Shown: piece by piece, positions 53,097-64,000 of the stretch | Layout of the letters: each line of letters begins with the position of its first letter | How positions within the stretch are numbered: position 1 is the stretch's first letter | Origin: Neocallimastix sp. 'constans' | Taxonomy: Eukaryota | Assembly (NCBI GenBank): GCA_050613775.1 | Contig: JBODTK010000127.1 | Span: 62,001 to 126,000, forward strand | Direction: 5' to 3' | Length of the DNA: 64,000 bases | Notes under the pieces: model-generated | Database searches by the model: none | What the model was told of the DNA's origin: nothing | What the model saw: only the letters and a program-made list of their open reading frames with translations | Program-made: the position numbers and the translations under genes

Positions 53097-53500
53097 TTTC
53101 TTTAATAATTCTAATTATTATTATTGTTATTATTATAATTATTGTTGAAATTAATTTTACTATTGTTATATTATTCTTTAGTATTTTATTTTATTTATAT
53201 AATTTATTTTTTTTTTTTTTTTTCTAAATTTTCAGTTTTAATAATAAAAATTAAAATTATTTTTACACTTATATATTCCTATATATAATGTGATTTATTA
53301 TAAAATAAAAATAAAAAATATATTAGAATTCTATATTTAAAAGGGAAATTTTAAATTCATAAAATATTATATTTATTGAAATAGAAATCAAATAAAATAT
53401 ATATATATATATATTTTCAATTAAATTAATAAAAAAAAATTCATTAAATTTATATAAACATTTAAAAAAAATATATATATATAATATATACATATAATAA

Positions 53501-53537
<37 letters not shown>

Positions 53538-54651
53538 AAACTAATTATTATAAATAATTTAAATATTCTTTATCATTTTTCTTTTGTTTATAACCTTTTT
53601 TTTATTGAGTTTTTTATTTTATATAATACATAATTAATTATTGGATTTATAAATACTTATTAAAAATATTATATTTATTAAATATTATATATTGAATTTT
53701 ATTTACATCGGTTTAAAAATGTTTATTTTAAATATCATATACTTTTAGCATTTAAATTGTTTTCGACATAGAATATCTAATTTTTCTATCACTTTTTTAT
53801 TAATAAAATTCTATAATAATGAGTTGTTTTTTTTTTTAAATTGACTCAAAATAATTATTTTTACAAATATTATTATATTAGTAATAATTAAATAAAAAAA
53901 TTTTTTATATAAAGAAAATTTAAAAACATTAATATATACTATTAAAATTTAAAAAGTGAAAAAAAAATTATTTAAATATTTGAAATAATAATTAAATTTT
54001 TTTAAATATGTGGTTAAAATAACTTAATAAACTAATAATAAAAATATTTATCATTAAATATATAGAAAATTTTTTATATCATTTTAATTAATATATATTA
54101 TAATTTATACATAATTCAAAATAATAGAAATTTAATTTTTTTTTTAAAAAAAAAAAAATGCTTCCCAATGAATAATAATTTATAATTAATTCTTTAAAGC
54201 CACAAATATTTATACATATATTATTTATTATAATAATATATTACAATATAAATGATATATAAATGCGCCATAAAACAAATATCATAATAAAGCAAAATTT
54301 ATTAAAAATAATCAAAGTAAAAAAACTATATATATAAAAATTATAATATATAATTAACCAAAATCAATTCTCTCATATTAAGGTTACTATAATATTAAAA
54401 AAAAAAAAAAAAAATAAAAAGATTTAAATTTATAAATCATAATAATTTTGATTTTGATATTTAAAATTTTTCAATATATAATGATTTTTTGGTATTTACA
54501 AAGATTAAATTGATTGACAAAATTTTTCTTATTTGCATTAATTGAGGCTTGTCAATAATACAATGAAACTATTTAAACAAATAAAAACAAATAATGCATA
54601 TTTAATTAACTTTATATTCGAGTAATTAATTAATTAATTAATTAATTAATT

Positions 54652-54685
<34 letters not shown>

Positions 54686-55562
54686 TTTATTTATTTATTT
54701 ATTAACCATGTGGTTTAATTATTTATATTGATTGATTCGTCTTAATAATATTAAATATTGTTTATTTTTAATATTTTTTAAAATTTAATTAAGAAAAAAA
54801 TATTTTCATTATACATTTATATATTATAAATTATTTTAATTATTCATTCAATATTTTATTATACCTATACTTATTAAAATAAAAAAATAAAAAAGTTATT
54901 AATATATATTTTTCCTCTTTTATCTAATAAAAAAACATATATATAATAATATACGATGTTATTCAATATATATTATATTTAATTCTGTTGGATAAATGTA
55001 TTGATTACAAATTTCATATTTTAAAAAAAGGCAAAAAAAAAAAAAAAAAAAACATCTTCAATCAAAATCAACATACTATATAATATTTATTATTATTATT
55101 TAATCAATATAATTAGAAAATATTTTGATGTATATATTTGTTTAATTATATAACTACTTTCCTATTTTTCAAAGTACACCTGTAAAGAATAAAACTAAGT
55201 TTTCTTCCATTGCCATGATAAAGACAGTTAAGATCATATATAAACGAACTATTTGGAAGTTAGTATCGGACCTGAATTGACTCAATAGCTACTTCCAAAT
55301 ATAGGCTCAGTAGTCATATCAGTACACCTATTGAACATTTATTTAATAAAAATTACATAGTATGTTGAAGATTGAGGAACCTCATCAATATAGGACCTAT
55401 CTATTTCTTAACTAGCTTCCTACTTCCTATAATCAATAACAATTAAATTAAAATTACTAAAATGTTTTATTATGATTAATCACCCCGCTCTCTCTCTCTC
55501 TTTACTTTTCATAAAGTTCATATAAAAGTATACATCATGAACCACAAGAAGATGATATTGCT

Positions 55563-56670
55563 ATGGTTGATGTAATAGTAGATAGAGTTCGTGGTAAGGC
55601 TTTAATAGATTCATATAGCAACTTAAATATTATCACAAAACAATTTTTAGACAAATTACCTTATCAGTATGATCATATAGGAGTTAGTGCAGGACGAATA
55701 CATTTAGCAACGATGAATGATGATTACTCAGAAGATTTGTTAATCAGACTGGGAAGAATAATGTTGTTGAAGAAGCTTTATCAAGAATGAAAAATGAAAA
55801 AGAAAAAGTTGTCTTACCAACATAAATTATCAAAGAATAAGATGAAGACTTATTTTCAAGAACCATTAAGAAATTTATTGAAGAAAAATTTACTACAGTT
55901 GATGGAGTGGACCATTTTGTTGATGGTAATAATTATTAGAAAGTAGTTATAGATACAAAAGAAAAACTTCAATTAATTTTCAAGCACACAGTATAGGACA
56001 CGAAGTCTATTATAAAACATACCAATGTTTGAAAAGGAGTTACTATTGGAACAATATGGTTAATGATATTAATCAAATTATAAGTAAGTGTGAAAAATGT
56101 CAATTAAATAAATCTCAACCATACCCTGAACTAACGAAAGATAAACCAACTGAAGTAGAAGGACCATTTATTCAATTAGGATTGGATATTATATGACCTC
56201 TAAGTAAAACCAGAAATAATAATCAATATATAATCGTTGTGGTTGATTATTTTACTAAATGGGTTGAGACAGAGCCCACGGAAAATATTACTTCTCAGGA
56301 TGTGATAAAAAAATTTAATTAATGTATCTTCTCGACAGTGTGTACCTCAAATTATCACTACTGATAATTTGGCACAATTTACATCAGATATAACTAAAAT
56401 CTTCCTTGATCTATATGACGTATATGTTAAATTTATCACTCCATATCATCCTGAAAGCAATGATTTAGTTGGGAACCGTAATAAAAAATTGGAAAATTAT
56501 TACGATTACAAGGACGACAGCACAAAGAATGGGATGAAATTTTACCATCTGCACTTTGGGCTTTAAGAACTACGAAAAATTTAATCATCAACCATTCAAG
56601 CTTTAAATTTGTTCATGGAAGGGAGGACCAACAATCTTTTAACATGGCTGCTAGACCAACTAAGGGTAGT
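55563..56670 (+). mobile_element. Ty3/gypsy relic: aspartic protease and integrase
   Basis: GKALIDS; H..GH...YYWNNM...CEKCQ; PFIQLGLDII*PL...IVVVDYFTKWVE; TPYHPESN. Confidence 0.88.
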
Positions 56671-56747
56671 TCTGTGTTGGATAATATATTTTATTTTTAC
56701 ATTAAGAATATATTTATTTTTTATATTATTGTAGAACACTTCGATTC

Positions 56748-56945
56748 ATGATACCTTTCAATTTAATGGATAATTTAAATAATCTTAAATATAGTATTAC
56801 GATAGGTCAACTTTTGAGTGCATTTCCGAAGATTCGTTCACAATTATCTCAAGGTTTAAAGTTAGAAAAATTTAAAGTAATTGTAACCTTAAATAATGTG
56901 ATTGCACGAACTCTGTTAGTGTCAAGTTTTCATTTAAAGAAATAG
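56748..56945 (+). mobile_element. Probable gypsy gag C-terminal fragment
   Basis: FNLMDNL...ITIGQLL..FPKIRSQL motif, typical of the pre-protease region. Confidence 0.5.
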
Positions 56946-57559
56946 ATTATAACAATTAAAAAAAAAAGAAAAAAACATTAAATAAAAGATTCACTTTTTA
57001 ATAAATATCTTTTTATTATAAACACTTATTATGTTATTAACTATATAATAGTCAATAACCAATACATCAATTTAAATAATGAAATTTACATGTATTTATA
57101 TTTTTTCATGATTACATTATAATATATCATTCCTATCTAATTTACATATATTACTATTTATTTATAAATAAAATATTTATTAAAATTTTTATTAAATAAT
57201 AATTAACTAAAACTAAATAATAACTAATTCAGTAAACTTTCAACTTATTTACAAAAATAATTAAATTCAATAAGAACTCATTTATTATCAATTCATTATA
57301 TAAATATTATTAATACTAATGTTTATATATTTACAATTCAAAACTATTTTTAAAATCTATTTAAACTAATTTTAACTATTTAAAACTATTCCGAAATTAA
57401 TTTTAAAGTATTTTAAACTAGCTAAACTAAATTGACCAAGTTAAATAAAAAAACTAAATTAAATAAACTTGACTAAATTAACTAATTTAAATTAATTATT
57501 TAAATTAATTAATTATCCAAACTTTTTTATATAATAATTTTTCTTTCGAAAAGTTTACA

Positions 57560-58303
57560 TAAATTTAATAATGAAGAAAGTATAATCTGTATTATTAAAA
57601 AAATTAAAGAAACGAATAACGAAAAGGAAATTATAAAGGAATTAACACCAATGGAATTTATTGAAAATGATTAATTTTTAAACAACTTAAATGAAGATTA
57701 TAAAGAACAAATTATCAAAATATTCAAAGACATGATTGATAATAGAAGAATTAACTCCTTCTAAACTTTCATCACATAAGATCCATTTAAAAGCTAATGA
57801 AAAGCCAGTAAAATTAAGAGGTTATTGGTTAATAAAACTAAAATAAGATATCTTAAAAGAAGAACTTATAAAGCTTATCAAGAAAGGATTGATAGAACTA
57901 TCTTGTTCGGAATGGTCATCTCCAGTAGTACTTATTCTCAAACACAATGGAAAGTGGCGATTGTGCATTGACTACAGAAAAGTTAACGATATGACAGAGA
58001 AAAATTCTTCCTTTTATAGATGAAATTTTTGATAGTCTTGGAGAAGCCAAAATATTTACAACTCTTGATTTATTTTCTGGTTTCCATCAAATCTGAATGG
58101 ATGAAGAAAGCGTGGAAATAGCTACTTTCACTACTAAGTTTGGAAATTATCAATTCAAAGTTTTGCCTTTCGGACTTACCGGAGTTCCCTCCATCTTCTA
58201 AAGAGAAATGAACAAATTTTTATTCCCTTTTATTGGTGTATTCGTTTACCTTTATATTGATGATGTTTTAATCTATTCCAAAAGTATCGAAGAACATTTA
58301 AAA
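57560..58303 (+). mobile_element. Ty3/gypsy reverse transcriptase relic
   Basis: [59 protein letters not shown]. Confidence 0.9.
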
Positions 58304-58889
58304 TAGTTGTAAATTTTACTAAATATTTTTATTCAATAATATACAATTTTAATAAAAAAGCTTTAAAAATAAAAAATAAAAAAACAAATAAAATAAATAA
58401 AAATTTGTGTTTACTATTTTTCTATTTTAATTCTCTAAACCTTAACATTTATTTTTTATTTTAAAGTTTTATTGAAATTTTTAACTAAACATTAAAATAG
58501 TAAAATAACAACATAATTATTGAATCTGTTATATTCCAAAAGATTTAATAGAAATATAGAATAATAATATAATTATGATATTGATATTAGTAAAGTATTA
58601 TTATAAGTAATAATATATTGAATAATGATGAAGAGACTAAGATATTAATAATAAAAGCAGAATGTTAATAATGTAATTAATAATAATAGAATAATTATAT
58701 TTCTCTAGATACATAATGCATAAACTTATTTTAAAAGATATTAATAACTATTAGCAATTTTGTACATAATAATTTTTTGAATATAGGAAAGTTCTATAAG
58801 TATAAGTGAACAATCATTATATTTTATGGGCTAAGTTATTTTAGGTAAACTTAACTAAAATAATAATTTCTGTTCATTTCTTATTAATT

Positions 58890-59340
58890 ATTTTGGTCTT
58901 TCCAGGTTTATCCTGATGGTTAGTACTAGGGACTAACCCACAAAAGGTTTTTGGTTCAATCCCCCAAAGGACTCCTGAATTTATATATGGCGATTTTTAT
59001 CTTTACAGGGTTTTTTTCTTTATAAAAGAAGTAAGCGATCACTCGTCATGGTAAGTATTTCTCTTGCTGAACTATATAACTGTTAGTGTTTAGAGTACTT
59101 GATCTATAAGAGGATTAGTGTAGTTGTTCCACCCTTGATGATGGTTCAAGAGATTACTGAAAAGAAGCCCATAGTATAAAACAGCATATAGGAAATTTCT
59201 TTTATATTAGCCTTTCTTAGAGAGACGTCTGCGTCGACGGCTAAAACGATATGGCAAAGAATCCAATCAGAGTCTGATACGTTTAAGGGAAAGAATGGAG
59301 GACCTATTGTTCTCCCCTTACGCTAATCCCTGTCAAAAAT
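58890..59340 (+). mobile_element. GC-richer repeat relic, possibly SINE/LINE-derived
   Basis: Composition shift; B-box-like GGTTCAATCCC near the 5' part; no intact ORF. Confidence 0.3.
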
Positions 59341-62300
59341 GAAAATGCAAATTTGGATATATAATTGAATTAACAAAAAAAAAATTTTTTAATCATATTA
59401 AACAATATTATTAGTAATATTTTATAATTCACATTTCTATCGAAATACTTTTCGTTATTAAAAAAAAAAAAAAAAAAAAACTATGAATTTTTAAGATGTA
59501 TAATATATATATGAAAAGAATAGCAAATTATATTTGTAAAAAAATACCAATGAATAAAATAATAAAATCACAAAAATTCTAGAAATCTGCTCTTATTGAA
59601 ACTACATTTAGTTTTTGAATTAATTAATAATATGGAAGGTCCATTTATTATGGAAGAATATAAAAATTCAATAAGAAAGGCTGTTATAATGTTTTCTTTT
59701 TGATATATGTTATTTTTTAATTTAAATTTACAAATATTTTAGAAAAATTAACAAGCCAAAATTTACAAAATTTATTCTTACTAACCGTAATATAAGAACT
59801 TAAATAAATTACAATCAAACTTATTATTTAATTAATATTTATTACATGTTTAATTACAATTTTGATATAATTTTAAACTATATTTATGAAAAAGCTCAAA
59901 ATATACAATGAAAATATATTATAAATTAATTTATCAAAACATATTTATAAAGAGTATTACTAAAAAATTCTAAAATTATATTATTACTGTCATCTTCAGG
60001 CTATAATTATAGTATAAAAATAATCAACCCTTTTAAGGTTTTAAATCTAATTGATACGGTATATTTTATTTTTAATTTTTTTTTTATTTTATTATTCTAA
60101 AAAAAGAAAACCAATTTATTTATTTATTTATTATTTTTATTTGTTTATTTATTTAATAAGAAGATTCTAAGAAAATTGTTATTATCTTTTTTTTTTTTTA
60201 CATTTGTAATACATTTAAACTACTTTATTTACAAAATTAAAAAATTAACGGTTTATAATTATATAAATTAATTTGAATTAATCTATTTAAATTTTTGTTA
60301 ATTATTTAGAATTCTATTATATTGTATCAATATAATGAATATAATGTTTAAAGTTTTTTCATATATATATAATATAATAATAATATATTGGATTAAGATA
60401 ATATGTTCTATTAATTAATAACTAAAAAATAATCTCAAAAGTTCAAAATTTTAATTACATTATTTATATTCTAATATATTATATTTAATTATTCTAATTT
60501 TTATTGATTAAAAATTATATATTTAATAAAAAAAAAATAAATTATGTAATATATATAGTATATATAAGATTATATAAGATAATAATTAAAAAAAAAAAAA
60601 AGCTTCTTATATTAATATTTATATAATTTATATTATTTATTTTTATATTAAAAAATATTATCAATTGAAACTTTAATAATTAAAAAATTATCATTATTAT
60701 TATTTTTATTCATTTTAAAAAAATTATATAAAAAAAAAAAGTTTTAAATATTTAATTAATTAAAAAAAAAAAAAAAAAATAAAAAAAAGAAAATTGTAAA
60801 ATTTAGAAAAAAAAGATTATCTCTTTAAAAAATAATTACTGGTATTTTAAATACAATTATTATTATTTCAATAATAAATAATATATTTATTTTAAATATT
60901 TTTAAATTAAATAATTTTTTTTGATAAATTAATGTACATTAATATTTACATGAAATTTTCAATATTTTCATAAAAATTATATGATTAATTATATGTAATC
61001 ATTAATAGAATTATTATACTATTAAATACATGTTTACATATTAGAAGTAAATAATTTCAATATTTGTTTATAAATTTATTTCATTAAATATTACATTTTA
61101 TATTTAATAATTAATAATAAAATTTTATTTAATATTAAGATTTTCTGTTACTAATATTCCTATTTTAACATTAAAGTTATATTTTGTTATGTAAAACTGT
61201 CCTTTTAGTATTTTCTATTAAAATGCGCCAAACTACAAAATTTTTGATTAAAAATTAAAAAGTATATATAATTCTAATAATAATTAAAGTTTATTATTTC
61301 TATATATATATTTTTATAAAAAAAAATTTAATATAAATAAATTTTAATGGCATATATTTAAATCAATAGAAAATAAATGAAATTTAAATTGTTATATAAT
61401 AATAACCTCCTTTATGTAGCATTAAAATAAAAATATTTTATTAAGAAAATTTTGAAATATAACTTTTTAAATAATTGATATAAATACTATATATTATAAA
61501 TAATTAAAATCATTAAAATAATATAATATAATATAAATTACTTTATTAAATAATATAATTATATATTATAATAAAAGTAATTATATCTATGATAAAATTA
61601 TTATGAGGTTTTTTTTCTTTTATTATAAAACTATTATTTATTTATTTACATATTTTATTTTATTTTATTTATTTTTTTTTATTTTTTTTTTTGAAAATAA
61701 CTCTTTTTGTTTAAAAACAAAAATATTCTTTTTTTTTATAAGTAAAATTTATTTTATTAAAAGAATACAATTATATTATTTATTATTCTGTTTTATTTTC
61801 AATATTTAATTATATATTAACAATAATATCTCTCTTTTTTTTTTTTTTTTTTTTTTTTTTTATTATTATTATTATTAATTAATAATTTGTTTATATATAC
61901 ATATATAAATATAATTTTTTATAAATAAAAAAAAAAATAAAGAGATTTATTGTTGATGTGTATAAACTTATTTAATTTTATAAATAATAACAGTTAATTA
62001 GATCGTTTTAACTGTTTTTCAATTATAATAAAAGTAAAAATAATATAAATATTTATAACGTAATAATAAAATCATCATAGAAGTTTATATATATTTCAAA
62101 TAATAAATAATATTTAATATTCTAATTTCTTTAATTTATAATAAAAAAAAATAATATAATATATAACAGCATACATATTTATTCATCATAAAATATTTAA
62201 TTTTCACAATTGAATATTATAAGCAAATACAACATATATTTAATAATATTATGTTATATGAGTAACAAATACTTTTTATAATATTATTATATATAATACA

Positions 62301-63850
62301 ATTTATCCCATTTTCGGAAAACTTCAAAAGTTAAAATACTATCAGTTTTTTTATTTACAAAAAGAAAAAGTTTATAAACAAGATATATATTATATATTAA
62401 AGTAATAAGAATTTAGAAAAATAATAAAGAAAGAAGAAAGAAAGAAGAAAGAAAAATTAAATAAATTAATATAATAAAGTTAGATCAAAAATCAAATAAA
62501 ATAATTTTAAAATACAATAATACATTTAAAATTATAATTAATTAGAATATTTAAAGAAGTAAAACAAAATATCAGTATAAATATTAGGTAAATATTTAAT
62601 TTATATTATTTATAAATCATTTATTTTGAAAAGTATTTTTTAATTATTATTTGATGTTTTAATAATATATTGAAAGTATATAAACTAAATAAGAGATATT
62701 TATTCAATAAATAAAAGGTTTATTTGAATTTAGATTGAATTATCGAATTGTTTAGATTAATATAAAAATTATTATGTGAAGAAGCAAAAAATAAGTAATA
62801 AATGGATAGTAGAATGAAAGAAAAGAATTTTATTTTTTAAATCTTATAATAGAACTTATGTTTAAAAAAAATAAAAATAATAAAAAAGCAAATGACTTTA
62901 ATTATCTAAGAAGTAATTTGATATATATTTATAATAAAGATAATTGAAAAAATCAATATTATTACTAATAATATAAAAATAATAAATTTCATTTCTAATG
63001 AAATGCTGTACGTAAATAAAATTGTCAATTACAATAAAATTAATTATTTTAACAATAAAATAGTATAAATTTATATATATGATTATAATATAGTTTATTA
63101 TTATATATATAAGCTTTAATATAAAAAATTTTTAATAAATTAAACATTTAACACACAATACACAATAATAATATAAAACAATATATATTTAATATTAAAA
63201 ATAATTATCTTGCTAAATAAGTATTGTTTCAATATAAGGATAAAAAATACAAATAATATTATTTAAAATTATGAGAAAAAGATAATAAATTTTTAGTTAT
63301 TAAAAAATATCACCTTTTTTTGTTTTTTTTTTTTTATATATATATTTTCAAAAAAAATAAAAATAAAAAATAAAAATAATTAGATGTCAAATTTTGGATA
63401 TAGTAATAATCAATATACAACAGGTTCTTTTAATTATTTACAACCAAATAGTGTAGAAGACGACAATAATTCAAGTAAGTAGTATTGAATAAATATAACT
63501 TTTATTTTTTTTTAGTATTATAATAGTAAATGTATTTTTAATCAATATTATAATTAATTATAAAAAAAATAAACAAATTACTAATTTATTTTATATTTAT
63601 TACTTAATTTAAGTTGTATATCCTGAATCTACAATATCTGTAAAACCACTTATTGATAATAATACAAACAGTAATTAGTTCTATTTAGTAAATATATAAT
63701 AATTGTTAAAAAAAAAAAACATATTTAATAATTAATAATATTTATTATTATTTAGAGCAATTAGAAAATAATTATACATTAAATAATAAAACACAGCCTG
63801 ATTATATTGAATTAAACGAAGTAAATACAACAAGAATTGTAACAAATAAA

Positions 63851-64000
63851 ATGAGTTCAAGTAATCAACAATATCATTCTCCAACAAATACAAGTTTTTC
63901 CGAACTACCGAAAAGTCCTACTAGGCAATCAGTAACTTTGGAAAATAGAACAAATAAAAGAAGACCTATGTCAATAGCATCTAGAACTTCAAGATTAAGC
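63851..64000 (+). CDS. 5' end of an unknown Ser-rich protein, truncated by window
   Basis: aaaATG then open frame MSSSNQQYHSPTNTSFSELPKSPTRQ...RRPMSIASRTSRLS to the window end; coding-like composition. Confidence 0.6.
   Translation, partial: MSSSNQQYHSPTNTSFSELPKSPTRQSVTLENRTNKRRPMSIASRTSRLS

Overview
Extremely AT-rich, intron-containing eukaryotic DNA, most consistent with an anaerobic gut fungus (Neocallimastigomycota). This is inferred from fungal dockerin (CBM10-like) modules, CBM18-CE4 genes, an intronless ankyrin gene and GT-AG introns. Intact genes: ketopantoate reductase (partial), Cns1/TTC4 co-chaperone, three CE4 chitin/polysaccharide deacetylases, an ankyrin protein, two paralogous secreted HEXXH-peptidase/ricin-lectin genes, a Rom1/2-type Rho GEF, and the start of an unknown gene at the right edge. 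Intergenic DNA holds many LINE, Ty3/gypsy and Ty1/copia relics and pseudogene fragments. Most notable: (1) one peptidase paralog has an intron-bearing dockerin pair inserted inside its ricin beta-trefoil, next to a dockerin-free twin with a near-identical catalytic domain; (2) a ~1.8 kb Foldback-like element with satellite-filled inverted arms; (3) an isolated dynein-stalk fragment fused to a poly(A)-ended element; (4) short retro-insertions with target-site duplications. Splice sites and family calls were made by eye.
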